Assembly (NCBI GenBank): GCA_963851135.1
Contig: CAWKOB010000001.1
Span: 65,940 to 129,939 of the forward strand
DNA length: 64,000 nt
Reading direction: 5' to 3'
Origin: an uncultured Acidobacteriota bacterium
GTDB lineage: Bacteria; Acidobacteriota; Terriglobia; Terriglobales; Acidobacteriaceae
Part shown: positions 19,908-29,459 of the stretch, piece by piece
How positions within the stretch are numbered: the stretch's first letter is position 1
Layout: each line of letters opens with the position of its first letter
The notes under the pieces: model-generated
Databases searched by the model: none
Told to the model about the DNA's origin: nothing
What the model saw: only the letters and a program-made list of their open reading frames with translations
Translations under genes and position numbers: made by a program

Positions 19908-22331
19908 ATGCTGCGCTACAAGCTTGACGACCTCCGTGCGTACCAATTCGAGAAGCTCGGCCAGTCTCTTCTCAAGGCGACAGTTAGCCTCTCAATCGAA
20001 TCATGGGGAAATCGGGGAGATTTTGGCCGCGATGCTTACACCGGTTCCGCCCTTCGCTTCCCTGATAAAAACATGCTCTCACCGGGGCCTTTTCTCTTCC
20101 AGGTCAAGTTCGTAGAAGGGGCTAATTCTGCTGGCGCTGAGCCCGCGACGGCTCTACTTGGCAGCGTCTCCAAAGAGATCGCGCAGGTTCAGAAGCGGAG
20201 GAAATCGTCGAGTTGGACGGATCCGAAGTGTTTCACGTTTATAACCAATTCCTTGATCGATTCGAAAGTGAGAATAAGTATCGAAAAGCGGTTTCGCGCC
20301 GCCCTGAATTGCGAGCAGGTCGTAATTTGGGGCGGCGATGACGTTTGCGACATATTGGACGCTGCGCCGACTGTGTACCGATCATTCCCACAACTTCTAA
20401 GCCTTAGGGATCTCGATCAACTTATTGCAAACGTTCTGAGTCATGAGTCGATTGAGCGGAGTTCGGCCGCGATCGAGATTGCGCGCGAGTTAGTACCGGT
20501 GTTTGCGCCAACGTCGAGCTATGAACGGGCGTGGTTTGTGTTGAGGAAGTACCACTTCTGTGTGCTCGAGGGGCCGCCGGAGGTCGGCAAATCTGCCATC
20601 GCCTGGATGATTGCGCTTTCTCAGTCCAGCACTGGATGGGAGGCAATCTATAGCCGCACGCCGGAAGAGTTCTTCAAGATGTATCGACCGTCACAAGATC
20701 AAGTCTTTGTGGCTGACGATGCATTTGGACGAACGGAGTATGACCCTGCGCGGACTTCGGTGTGGGAGGCTCAATTGGATCTCGTTTTGCACCGACTGAA
20801 CCCAAAGCACTGGCTAATATGGACAAGCCGCAAACATATCCTTGAGCGTGCCGTCGCCTGCATGGACGTTCAGGGGAAGGCGAGAGCATTTCCCGATCCT
20901 GGCGCAGTATTGGTTGACGTGCAGGCACTTTCATTGGAGGAGCGCTCACTTGTGCTTTTCCGTCATGCTCGTTCAGCGAATCTCGAGTTGGTTGCTCAGG
21001 GGATTGTTCGAAGGCACGCGCGGCACATACTGCGCGATCCAAACTTTACTCCTGAGCGCATGCGGAGATTTGTAGGAGAAAGCCTTCCGTCGCTCGCGAC
21101 TGCTCTGGAATCGGGCTCTCTAACGGACGATAGACTACAGGCTGAAATCAGGGAGGCAATTAGGAATCCTACCAAACAAATGAGACTTGCGTTCCGAGGC
21201 CTTATTCCCGGTTTGAAATGGCTCTTGGTATCTCTTCTCGAGCTGACGGAGGATCCATATTTGATCCGTCAGATGGCTAGGTTGACCGAATTGTACGAGC
21301 AGTACTGTCCCGAAGGTCAGCGTGTTCCCTTTGATCAGGCGGTTCTTGAGCTGCGAGAAGCCTTCATCAAGGTGCGACCAGATCGCTATGGGGGCCAACG
21401 AGCGGACTGGATCCATCCCAGCTACCGAGATATGGTCATTGATGAACTGGCGGCGAATTACGAGCTCCGGATGCAGTTCTTCCGCAGGGCCTCGCTAGAG
21501 GGTGTGAAGATCGCGATTTCGGATACGGGAGGGCAGAAGGGTGAGAGGCAGCTACCCTTTATGCTCTCATCGGAAAGCTGGGATGTTTTGCGAGAGAGGT
21601 GCCTGGCCATTGTCTCGGGTCAAGAAAAGGACCGCGCGCTTTTGGAGGTATTGTCCAGTGCGGCGGCGCGAGTGTCTATCTCGGATCTCACTGGGCGCTG
21701 GAGCAAGCTCTTGACGACGGTGTGTGAGGCGATGGTATTGAAGTGGAACTCTGCCGAGAAGCTTCTCAGCGCGGGCGAGTTGGCCGCTTTCGCAAAAGCC
21801 CGACAACTTGCTAAGAGCGACTGCCCGGTACCCAACTTAGATCGGACTTGGGAACTGCTGGAAGACGCTTTTCGCGACAGCATTGATGACTTTTCGGCAT
21901 CTCGCAGGATCGACTTCGAGCCCTTTGACGATCTCACTGAATTCGCTGTGGAAGTTGGCGATCTTGTGCCAGATTTCACTAGCGAGAAGGGGTTCCCTGA
22001 CAGGTTCGAGAATGAAATCGTTACCGTATTAGACGCCGCGGAATCGCAGGCCGCTGATTTGGAGTTCTCGGATGATCCGGAAGAATTGCGTCAGCGCGGG
22101 AATGCGCTTTCCCAAGTGTCCGAAGCGCTGGCGAGGGTGTCCACGCTGTCTGCGGTCCTTACCCTTGACACCTACAAGAAAGCCAGGAAACTCGACGAGC
22201 GTTCCGCTGCTTTCGGAGAACGGGCAGATGAGTGTGAGGGCCAGGGCCCTGTGGACCTTAGCGATGATGAGCCTCCCTCCTCTCCTCAGGGAGAGGTATT
22301 CGACGTAGATGCTCTATTCTCGGAACTCTAG
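19908..22331 (+). CDS. Restriction-endonuclease-like domain + STAND-type (nSTAND3-like) NTPase + helical C-terminus; candidate anti-phage protein
   Basis: FEKLGQSLL...DFGRDAY...FQVKF (PD-(D/E)xK/Mrr-like); Walker A GPPEVGKS; Walker B VFVADDAFG; LIWTSR; visibly more AT-rich than the flanks. Confidence 0.8.
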   Translation: MLRYKLDDLRAYQFEKLGQSLLKATVSLSIESWGNRGDFGRDAYTGSALRFPDKNMLSPGPFLFQVKFVEGANSAGAEPATALLGSVSKEIAQVQKRRKSSSWTDPKCFTFITNSLIDSKVRISIEKRFRAALNCEQVVIWGGDDVCDILDAAPTVYRSFPQLLSLRDLDQLIANVLSHESIERSSAAIEIARELVPVFAPTSSYERAWFVLRKYHFCVLEGPPEVGKSAIAWMIALSQSSTGWEAIYSRTPEEFFKMYRPSQDQVFVADDAFGRTEYDPARTSVWEAQLDLVLHRLNPKHWLIWTSRKHILERAVACMDVQGKARAFPDPGAVLVDVQALSLEERSLVLFRHARSANLELVAQGIVRRHARHILRDPNFTPERMRRFVGESLPSLATALESGSLTDDRLQAEIREAIRNPTKQMRLAFRGLIPGLKWLLVSLLELTEDPYLIRQMARLTELYEQYCPEGQRVPFDQAVLELREAFIKVRPDRYGGQRADWIHPSYRDMVIDELAANYELRMQFFRRASLEGVKIAISDTGGQKGERQLPFMLSSESWDVLRERCLAIVSGQEKDRALLEVLSSAAARVSISDLTGRWSKLLTTVCEAMVLKWNSAEKLLSAGELAAFAKARQLAKSDCPVPNLDRTWELLEDAFRDSIDDFSASRRIDFEPFDDLTEFAVEVGDLVPDFTSEKGFPDRFENEIVTVLDAAESQAADLEFSDDPEELRQRGNALSQVSEALARVSTLSAVLTLDTYKKARKLDERSAAFGERADECEGQGPVDLSDDEPPSSPQGEVFDVDALFSEL

Positions 22332-22390
22332 GTGCGTCAACGGTCGGCTATTCCGCATTTGCTCTGCCCATGTGATTCAATAGATAGAGG

Positions 22391-23416
22391 ATGGCGAAGT
22401 TTAAACGAGATACGGTGCGGGGCAAGGTGGTTCGGGCGCGGCGGAAGGCGCGGGAGTATGCCATGGTGGCGCGGGCGCTGGCTTCTACTTCGCATCCTGT
22501 TTTGGCGCAGATTGTGCCGGCGCGGTTCTGCAACCTCTCGTGCGGCTATTGCAATGAGTACGACAAGGTTTCAAAGCCGGTGCCGCTGGACGAAATGTTC
22601 AGAAGAGTCGATGCGCTGGGGCGGCTGGGGACGGCGATGATCGGGATCAGCGGCGGAGAACCGCTGACGCATCCGGAGCTGGACGACATTATCCGGCGGA
22701 TGCGGCGGACGGGCGCGATTGCGGGGATGATCACCAACGGGTATCTGCTGAATGCGGAGCGGATTGAGCGGCTGAACCGGGCCGGCCTGGATCACATGCA
22801 GATCTCGATTGATAACGTGGAGCCGGACGAGATCTCGAAGAAGAGCTTGAAGGTGCTGGACAAGAAGCTGCAGATGCTGGCGGAGCATGCCGAGTTCCAC
22901 GTGAACATTAACTCGGTGGTGGGCGGGGGATTTAAGGATCCGCAGGACGCGCTGACGATTGGGCGGCGGGCGCTGGAGCTGGGGTTCGAGTCGACGATCG
23001 GGATCATTCACGACGGGGACGGGCAACTGAAGCCGCTGAAACAGGACGAGGCGGCGGTGTACTTTGCCATGCGGGACCGGAAGAAGACGAACTACGCGCA
23101 GTTTGACGCGTTCCAGAACGCGATTGTGAAGGGCGAGCCGAATGACTGGCGGTGCCGGGCGGGGAGCAGGTATTTGTACATCTGCGAGGACGGGCTGGTG
23201 CACTACTGCAGCCAGCAGCGCGGGTATCCGGGCGTGCCGGTGGAGCAGTACACGAAGGCGGATTTAGAGCGGGAGTATTTGACGGCGAAGAGCTGCGCGC
23301 CGAATTGCACCATTGGGTGCGTGCACCGGATTTCGCATATCGACCACTGGAGGGGAGTGCAGACGCGGGAGGTTTCGCCGGGGAGCGGGGGGTTGGTGCA
23401 GATCGGCGGACAGTGA
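22391..23416 (+). CDS. Radical SAM protein with SPASM/twitch-like C-terminus
   Basis: CNLSCGYC, SGGEP, ITNG, CRAGSRYLYICEDG...YCSQ...CAPNCTIGC. Confidence 0.9.
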   Translation: MAKFKRDTVRGKVVRARRKAREYAMVARALASTSHPVLAQIVPARFCNLSCGYCNEYDKVSKPVPLDEMFRRVDALGRLGTAMIGISGGEPLTHPELDDIIRRMRRTGAIAGMITNGYLLNAERIERLNRAGLDHMQISIDNVEPDEISKKSLKVLDKKLQMLAEHAEFHVNINSVVGGGFKDPQDALTIGRRALELGFESTIGIIHDGDGQLKPLKQDEAAVYFAMRDRKKTNYAQFDAFQNAIVKGEPNDWRCRAGSRYLYICEDGLVHYCSQQRGYPGVPVEQYTKADLEREYLTAKSCAPNCTIGCVHRISHIDHWRGVQTREVSPGSGGLVQIGGQ

Positions 23417-23419
23417 TCG

Positions 23420-23508
23420 AAGTGAAAGAGTGAAGAAGTGAAGCGGTGAAAAGTGAAGAAGTGAAGCGGTGAAAAGTGAAGAAGTGAAGCGGTGAAAAAG
23501 TGAAACGG
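23420..23508. repeat. 7-8-mer tandem array (GTGAA core, about 11 units)
   Basis: aagtgaagaagtgaagcggtgaa unit repeated three times plus flanking units. Confidence 0.9.
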
Positions 23509-23532
23509 CGCATCCTGAGTGGATGCGCCGTT
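23504..23532 (+). terminator. GC-rich hairpin between convergent genes
   Basis: aacggcgcatcc-tgagt-ggatgcgccgtt. Confidence 0.55.
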
Positions 23533-23560
23533 GGTGTGTTGGCGTGTGGAGTGCTCGGCT

Positions 23561-23602
23561 TCCCACCCTAGCGCGATGAAGCTGCGCTAGGATGGGGCAC
23601 CC
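23561..23602 (+). repeat. REP-like palindrome, family 1 (TCCCACCC-stem-GGATGGGGCACCC)
   Basis: tcccaccctagcgcgatgaagctgcgctaggatggggcaccc; copies at 55148-55189 and 58585-58626. Confidence 0.85.
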
Positions 23603-23625
23603 ATGCTGGTGACACTGAGCCACCT

Positions 23626-23750
23626 GAAAAGCAGATTCCCAGCGGGGAATGACAGAAAGAAAAGCAAGACCAAAAGCAGAGGCAAGGGCAAAAGCAAAAG
23701 CAGATTCTCTGCGGGGAATGACAGAAAGAAAAGCAAGAACAAAAGCAGAG
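23626..23750 (-). repeat. Two tandem REP-like palindromes, family 2
   Basis: aaaagcagattc(c/t)c(a/t)gcggggaatgacagaaagaaaagcaag occurs twice. Confidence 0.88.
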
Positions 23751-23754
23751 ACAG

Positions 23755-24759
23755 TCACATTTCGGAGATGGTGGACCAGGTGGATTCTTCGACGGGGAGA
23801 CCCTCGCGCAAATTCTCTGCGCGAAGGCGGAGAGTTTGTTCGCCGGGGTAGCGAACGGGGTTGTCGGGGTCGGCGGGTTGGGCGGCGTGGACGGAGGCTA
23901 CGATATCGTCGGCGATCTGGGCCTGGCGAGCGGAGTCGCCTAGCGCCGCGGGGTGGATGGCGATGAAGGTTTGCGAGAGCGCGGATTCGCGGAGCGGGTC
24001 AGTGGAGATCTGATGGGTGGCGTTGGCCAGGGCCAGGCCGGCGGCGATGGCGTCGAGAAGGATGGAGAGGCCGGAGCCTTTCCAATAGCCGATGGGGAGA
24101 GCGCGCTGAGAGGCTTCGACGGCGGCGGGATCGGTCGTGAGTTGGCCGGCGGGGTCGAATCCGCCGGGGACGGGCAGGGGCTGGCCGCGGCGGCGGTGGA
24201 ACTCGAGCGCGCCGTAAGAGAACTGGGACATGGCGATGTCGAGGACGAGGTGGCCGGCGGGGCGGGGGACGGCGAGGACCAGGGGGTTGTTGCCGATGGC
24301 GGGATTGACGGCGCCCCAGGGCGGAAGGTTGGGCATGGTGTTGGTCCAGCAGATGGCGATGAGGCCGGCATCTGCGGCCTGCCAGCCGTAGGTGCCGCCG
24401 CGCATCCAATGATTTGTGTTGCCCATGGCGATGCAGGCGATGCCGTGCTGGCGGGCGAGCGCGATGGCTTGATTCATGGCGGCCTGGGCGTTGAGATTGC
24501 CGGGGCCGAGGCGGCCGTCCCAGCGCTCGATGGCGCCAAAGCATGCGGTGCAGACGGGCTCGGCTGCGGGATGGACGGAGCCGTTGCGGATGGTGGCGAC
24601 GAAGCGGGGAAAGCGGTTGATGCCGTGGGAATAGACGCCGTCGCAGGTGGTTTCCGCGAAGAGGCGGGCGCAGACTTGGGCGCGAGCGGGGGAGAAGCCG
24701 AGAGACTCAAGGATGGCGGCGAGGCGGGCGAGGACGTCGGTGAAGGGAATGCGGAGCAT
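23755..24759 (-). CDS. yiaK: 3-dehydro-L-gulonate 2-dehydrogenase / 2,3-diketo-L-gulonate reductase (Ldh_2 family)
   Basis: GVYSHGINRFPRF, NTNHWMRGGTYGWQAA, PIGYWKGSGLSILLD, VRYPG. Confidence 0.92.
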   Translation of the reverse strand: MLRIPFTDVLARLAAILESLGFSPARAQVCARLFAETTCDGVYSHGINRFPRFVATIRNGSVHPAAEPVCTACFGAIERWDGRLGPGNLNAQAAMNQAIALARQHGIACIAMGNTNHWMRGGTYGWQAADAGLIAICWTNTMPNLPPWGAVNPAIGNNPLVLAVPRPAGHLVLDIAMSQFSYGALEFHRRRGQPLPVPGGFDPAGQLTTDPAAVEASQRALPIGYWKGSGLSILLDAIAAGLALANATHQISTDPLRESALSQTFIAIHPAALGDSARQAQIADDIVASVHAAQPADPDNPVRYPGEQTLRLRAENLREGLPVEESTWSTISEM

Positions 24760-24793
24760 GGTGGGTTCATGGTAAGGCAGGGACTCGGGGCGA

Positions 24794-24884
24794 AGGACTA
24801 GGGACTAGGGACGGGGGACTAGGGACTAGGGACGGGGGACTAGGGACTAGGGACTGGGGACTAGGGACTAGGGACTAGGGACGA
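24794..24884. repeat. Heptamer tandem array (GGGACTA consensus)x13
   Basis: 13 consecutive 7-mers counted between divergent genes. Confidence 0.95.
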
Positions 24885-25007
24885 AGGATTGGGGCTCGCT
24901 GGCGAGGGTATTGGGCGGGGCGTTTGATGCAGGATCGAGGATTTGGTAGGATGAGAATGGATTTTGATCCGGGCAAACACATAGCGCCCTTATCCCGGAG
25001 TGTTTTG

Positions 25008-25727
25008 ATGACGGAACCGGCCACAGTACGGAGCGAGGAAACGCAGAAGACGCAGGTGGACCCCGAGACCACGGAGCGGTTCATTGCCGAAAAGCATATT
25101 GGCGAGCGAATCAAGCGGCTGCGGCTGAAGAAGTCGATGGGACTGGTGGAACTGGGGAGGCACGCGGGGCTGTCGGCGAGTTTTCTGTCGCAACTGGAGA
25201 CGGGGCGGGTGGTGCCGACGCTACGGAACCTGGCGCGGATTGCGATGGTGTTCTCAAAGGACCTGTCGTATTTTTTCGAGTCGGAGCCGCAAGCGATGTT
25301 CAAGGTGCACCGGCGCAAGGAGCGGGTGCGGCTGCCGCAGACGGGGGTGGAGACGCCGTCGTATTTTTTTGAGAGCCTGGCGTACATGGTTCCGGACCGG
25401 CACATGGATCCGTACTTTGCGGAGTTTGTGCCGCTGGCGGGGCCGCAGGAACCCAAGGCGCATCTGCATCCTGGGTTCGAGTTTTTGTACGTGCTGGATG
25501 GGGAGCTGACCATTCAGCATGGGGAAAACCGCTGCGTGCTGGCGCCGGGGGACGCGGTGTATTTCGATTCGGCGACGGCGCACTCGTATGTGTGCCATGG
25601 GCCCAAGGCGGCGAGCGCGCTGATTGTGGCGATGCACCAGCCGCTGGCAGCGGCTGCGCCGGCGCGGAGCGCGTTTCCGCCGGGGCCGCGACCGGTGCCG
25701 ATGGCGAGCCCGGGCGAGCGGCGATAG
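25008..25727 (+). CDS. XRE HTH + cupin transcriptional regulator
   Basis: IGERIKRLR...LSASFLSQLETGRVVPTLRNL; HPGFEFLYVLDG...GDAVYFDSATAH. Confidence 0.9.
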   Translation: MTEPATVRSEETQKTQVDPETTERFIAEKHIGERIKRLRLKKSMGLVELGRHAGLSASFLSQLETGRVVPTLRNLARIAMVFSKDLSYFFESEPQAMFKVHRRKERVRLPQTGVETPSYFFESLAYMVPDRHMDPYFAEFVPLAGPQEPKAHLHPGFEFLYVLDGELTIQHGENRCVLAPGDAVYFDSATAHSYVCHGPKAASALIVAMHQPLAAAAPARSAFPPGPRPVPMASPGERR

Positions 25728-25732
25728 AGGCG

Positions 25733-25786
25733 AGGGACCGAGGGATCAAGGGATCAAGGGACCGAGAGACCAAGGGACCAAGAGCC
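25733..25786. repeat. Octamer tandem array (AGGGAYCR)x6
   Basis: agggaccg agggatca agggatca agggaccg agagacca agggacca. Confidence 0.9.
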
Positions 25787-25858
25787 GTCGGCGGAGGCTG
25801 CCGCGGAGCGTACGTGGCGCTGTTGCGATGAAGCACATCTAGCCAAACAATCCATTCA

Positions 25859-25886
25859 GTATTACTCTTACTAGTAGGAGTAATGC
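25859..25886. promoter_or_regulatory. Palindromic operator over the antitoxin RBS (probable TA autoregulation site)
   Basis: gtattactcttactagtaggagtaatgc. Confidence 0.65.
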
Positions 25887-25887
25887 C

Positions 25888-26148
25888 ATGCGCGTCACGA
25901 GCAAGGGACAGGTGACCATTCCCCAGCAGGTTCGAATCCGGTTAGGGCTGCTGCCGAACACTGAAGTTCAATTTGAGATTGCAGGAGATCATGCGCGGAT
26001 CCGCAAAGGCGCCAGGGGATCGAGTATCGGACGCCGAGGAAGAAGCGCCATCGAGGCGCTCAGGGGCACAGCAGATACGCGCCTGTCCACCGATGCGATC
26101 CTGGCGCTTACGCGGGGAGAAACACGACGCGGGCCGGGCCGAAAATAG
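25888..26148 (+). CDS. AbrB/MazE-type antitoxin (VapB-like)
   Basis: MRVTSKGQVTIPQQVRIRLGL. Confidence 0.9.
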   Translation: MRVTSKGQVTIPQQVRIRLGLLPNTEVQFEIAGDHARIRKGARGSSIGRRGRSAIEALRGTADTRLSTDAILALTRGETRRGPGRK

Positions 26149-26591
26149 TGCCGGTCTTCGCGAATCTTCGAAAGCGGCTTAGGAACTGCCGCGGCGTGCT
26201 TGTGGATAGCAACATTTTGATTGATGTTGCAACCAACGACCCGAACTGGGGGGAGTGGTCGTCGCAAGCGATTGCAGAGTGTGCCGAAGAGACGGCTCTG
26301 ATCATCAACCCGATCATCTATGCCGAGGTTTCCATCGGCTACTCGGCCATTGAAGATCTGAATGCGGCTCTTCCGCCCTCGTCGTACGCTCGGGAATCGC
26401 TGCCGTGGGAAGCGGGGTTTCTGGCGGGGAAATGTTACCTGGAATATCGCCGGCGGGGAGGAGGGCGAGGTTCGCCCTTACCCGATTTTTACATCGGCGC
26501 TCACGCTGCGATCGAGAGGCTCGCCCTTTTGACACGGGATCGCTCGCGCTATTCCACCTATTTTCCAAGGCTCGAAGTGCTGGGGCCGTAG
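26148..26591 (+). CDS. vapC: PIN-domain toxin
   Basis: VLVDSNILID, INPIIYAEVS, PLPDFYIGAHA, LLTRD. Confidence 0.9.
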   Translation: MPVFANLRKRLRNCRGVLVDSNILIDVATNDPNWGEWSSQAIAECAEETALIINPIIYAEVSIGYSAIEDLNAALPPSSYARESLPWEAGFLAGKCYLEYRRRGGGRGSPLPDFYIGAHAAIERLALLTRDRSRYSTYFPRLEVLGP

Positions 26592-26614
26592 CCAGATCGA
26601 GTGCGGAAACGTAG

Positions 26615-26645
26615 CGGCTCCGGGGTCATCCGGAGCCGTTTGTTG
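26615..26645. terminator. Hairpin between convergent vapC and yidC
   Basis: cggctccgg-ggtcat-ccggagccg followed by tttgtt. Confidence 0.6.
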
Positions 26646-26661
26646 TTCAATGCTGCGAAGG

Positions 26662-28500
26662 CTATTTTTTGCCCTGAAGGCTTTTGGGGTTGATACCGGC
26701 CTTGCGGGCGGCGCGTTTTCTGGCCAGGTCGTGCATCTCCTTGCCAATATGGGAGCGGTTGATGCCGAGCTGCATGGCCAGCATGATGAAGTTGCCGGTG
26801 ATCCAGTAGAGCGCGAGGCCGGAGGGATAGTTCAACAGGGTGAAGCCGAACAGGAGCGGCATGGCGATGGCCATCATGCGCCGCTGGTTGGGATCGACGC
26901 CGGGCGAGGGCGTGATGAACTGGGTGAAGAACATGGTGATGATGATGAGGACGGGCAGGATCTTGAGCGGATCGGGCGAAGAGAGATCGGTGAGCCAGAA
27001 CCAGTGGGCCTGGCGCAGTTCCACGGCGTTGAGCAGGACGCGGTAGTAGGCGAAGAACAGGGGCATCTGCAGGAGCATGGGCAGGCAGCCGCCATACATG
27101 TTGACGCCATTCTCTTTGTAGAGCGCCATCATCTCGGTGTTCATTTCGGCGCGGCGCGGGTCAGTGGCTTTGAACTGCTGGTACTTGCGCTTGAGGGCTT
27201 CCACCTTGGGCTGGATGCGCATCATCTTGAGCGACGACTTCATCATCATGAGCCGCGTGGGCAACAGGGCCAGGTTGAAGATGACGGTAAGGACGATGAT
27301 GTCCCATCCCCAGCTGGGGATGCCGTGGGAGTGCATGAGGCGGAGGATCCAGAAGAGGGGCGTGGCGAGGAACGTCCACATGCCGAAGCGGATCAGCGGG
27401 CGCAGGCTGGGGCCGTCGGGCTTGCCGTCGGAACCAACGGCGTGGATGGCGGAGACCAGGTCAATCTGCTTGGGGCCGACGTAGAGGCGCAGGCTATCGT
27501 TGCCGGAGACGTCGCCGACGGCGACGCCCATGACGTCAGCGGGCTTTTTTTCGCCGTTGGGGTTGGACAGGTTGACGGGCAGATCGATGGTTTTGTGCAG
27601 TGTGACCACCGTAGCCTGGGAGGGATAGTCGGGCAGGAAAGCGGCGGCAAAATAGAGATCGGCGGCGGCGGCGTACTGGTAATCGCCTTCCAGCGTATTG
27701 TCGTTGCCGACCTTGCCGGCGGCTTCGGAATCGGACTTATCGTCGAGGCACCAATCGAAGGTGGCCGGGGTGCGCGTGAGGCCGGGAATTCTGCTGCGGC
27801 CCTGAAACTCTTCCTGATCGCCGAGGCCTGCAGGCCAGGCGAGCAGCGCGCGGACTGGTTGGCCGTTGCGGCGGACCTGAACGTCGGCATGGATCACGTA
27901 ATCCGAACCGAAGGTGAAGGTCTTGACCACGTCCAGCCCATTTTCCGCGTAGTGAAATGTCAGGCTGGTCGGCGCCTTCAGCGTGCCGGTGGCGGAAGCC
28001 TGGTACAGCGCGCTGTTCAACTGACTCGTGAGCGCAGAGTCGTAGGTGAAGAGCGAAAGGGGAAAACCGAAGCGGGATGAGGCCTGCGCCTGCACCATGT
28101 CGAGGGGATGGCCGGTGGAGTCCTTGTAGTCATTAAGGATCCAATGCTCGACGGACGCGCCCTTGTTGCTGAAGACGATCCGGTAGAACGGGTTCTCGAT
28201 CGTAGTGGTGGAGGAGGACGCAGCGACGATGGTGGGGGTCGGGGCAGCAGGTTGTGCGGCCTTGGCTGAGGCATCTGACTGGGGCGACGCGGGGTGTTCC
28301 GCCGCGGGCGGCTGTGAGGACGCCTGCTGCTGTTGTTGTGCAGGCTGAGGCGGGTTGGTCTTGGGGCGCTGGAAGTACTCGAAGCCGAGGAAGATGGCTA
28401 CGGCGAGAAATCCCATGAGCATGAGCGAGCTGAAATCGCCGCCGCCACGGTGGTCGCCGGAACCACCCGGCTGGAGATTTGGATTTTGGAATTCGGGCAA
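26662..28500 (-). CDS. yidC: Membrane protein insertase YidC
   Basis: LYVGPK, SWGWDIIVLT, GGCLPMLLQMP, WLTDLSSPDP, PSGLALYW. Confidence 0.96.
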   Translation of the reverse strand: MPEFQNPNLQPGGSGDHRGGGDFSSLMLMGFLAVAIFLGFEYFQRPKTNPPQPAQQQQQASSQPPAAEHPASPQSDASAKAAQPAAPTPTIVAASSSTTTIENPFYRIVFSNKGASVEHWILNDYKDSTGHPLDMVQAQASSRFGFPLSLFTYDSALTSQLNSALYQASATGTLKAPTSLTFHYAENGLDVVKTFTFGSDYVIHADVQVRRNGQPVRALLAWPAGLGDQEEFQGRSRIPGLTRTPATFDWCLDDKSDSEAAGKVGNDNTLEGDYQYAAAADLYFAAAFLPDYPSQATVVTLHKTIDLPVNLSNPNGEKKPADVMGVAVGDVSGNDSLRLYVGPKQIDLVSAIHAVGSDGKPDGPSLRPLIRFGMWTFLATPLFWILRLMHSHGIPSWGWDIIVLTVIFNLALLPTRLMMMKSSLKMMRIQPKVEALKRKYQQFKATDPRRAEMNTEMMALYKENGVNMYGGCLPMLLQMPLFFAYYRVLLNAVELRQAHWFWLTDLSSPDPLKILPVLIIITMFFTQFITPSPGVDPNQRRMMAIAMPLLFGFTLLNYPSGLALYWITGNFIMLAMQLGINRSHIGKEMHDLARKRAARKAGINPKSLQGKK

Positions 28501-28550
28501 AGGGAACTTCCTGTCGTTCGAAACGCGGGAACCTTGGTTGGCCGCTGTCT

Positions 28551-28814
28551 CTATGGTAAAGGCTTGTGGGCAGCGGGATGAGATGGGCGCACCGGAGGAA
28601 CGTGATCAAGGCCTCCGCGGCTGAAAGGGTGACAGCGGAGCAGGCGCCAGAGAGCCAGCGCCGAGCCGCGCCAGGGGCCGTGCATGGCGATGGCGCGGAC
28701 GGCGTACTCCGAGCAGGTGGGTTGAAAGCGGCAACCGCCGGCGCCGAGCGTATGCAGCACGGGCGAAAGCGTGCGCTTGTAGATCCAATGCAGGGCGAGA
28801 AGGATGCGATTCAT
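28551..28814 (-). CDS. yidD: Membrane protein insertion efficiency factor
   Basis: [11 protein letters not shown]...[14 protein letters not shown]. Confidence 0.95.
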   Translation of the reverse strand: MNRILLALHWIYKRTLSPVLHTLGAGGCRFQPTCSEYAVRAIAMHGPWRGSALALWRLLRCHPFSRGGLDHVPPVRPSHPAAHKPLP

Positions 28815-29236
28815 GGCGATAACCGGGCCGGCTGCTCGACTGCGCGCGCAGCCTCGGCGCGGGCCTGCAAGAGGATACGCACGACCTCGTCCTCAAGTTT
28901 CGGGAATTCGAGGGTGAGGACGGCGCGGCGGGGATGGAAGATGAGGTCGGAAGCCGGAGGCAGCAGGTCCAGGTGGCGGCGAATGGCCTCACGCATGCGG
29001 CGCTTGATGCGATTGCGGTCAGGAGCTTTTCCCAGCACTTTGCCTGCGGTGAGCCCGACGCGAGATTCGGTAGGGCCGGAGCCGGGGGCAAATGGATGCG
29101 GGGCGAGGAACCAGCTCATGGAAGCGGACTGGCGCTTGCGCGCACGGGCATACGCGCGCTGATAGTCGGCGTGGCGGCGCAGGCGGAAAGGCGCCAGAGA
29201 TTGCTTGTGCGCGACAGGCTGGATTGGGGCGGTCAT
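28811..29236 (-). CDS. rnpA: RNase P protein component
   Basis: [25 protein letters not shown]; synteny with rpmH and yidD. Confidence 0.93.
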   Translation of the reverse strand: MTAPIQPVAHKQSLAPFRLRRHADYQRAYARARKRQSASMSWFLAPHPFAPGSGPTESRVGLTAGKVLGKAPDRNRIKRRMREAIRRHLDLLPPASDLIFHPRRAVLTLEFPKLEDEVVRILLQARAEAARAVEQPARLSP

Positions 29237-29303
29237 GGGCGAAGCGGCGGGAAGCCAATGCAACGGGGAGGCGCAGGCTTCGGCCGCAAGCGGCGGACGC
29301 GAG

Positions 29304-29459
29304 CTAGTCGCGGAACCCAGCGCTGACGGAGACGCGCTTGCGACCGGCCGCGCGCCGGCGGCTGAGGACGGCAGCGCCGCTCTTCGTCTTCATACGCGCG
29401 CGAAAGCCGTGCGTCTTGACGCGGCGATGGCGGTTGGGTTGAAATGTGCGCTTGGGCAT
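29304..29459 (-). CDS. rpmH: 50S ribosomal protein L34
   Basis: [23 protein letters not shown]. Confidence 0.97.
   Translation of the reverse strand: MPKRTFQPNRHRRVKTHGFRARMKTKSGAAVLSRRRAAGRKRVSVSAGFRD

Noticed and set aside
22391-23416. Radical SAM gene as part of a RiPP or hopanoid cluster
   Set aside because: No precursor peptide or pathway genes are adjacent, and motifs do not allow a specific assignment.
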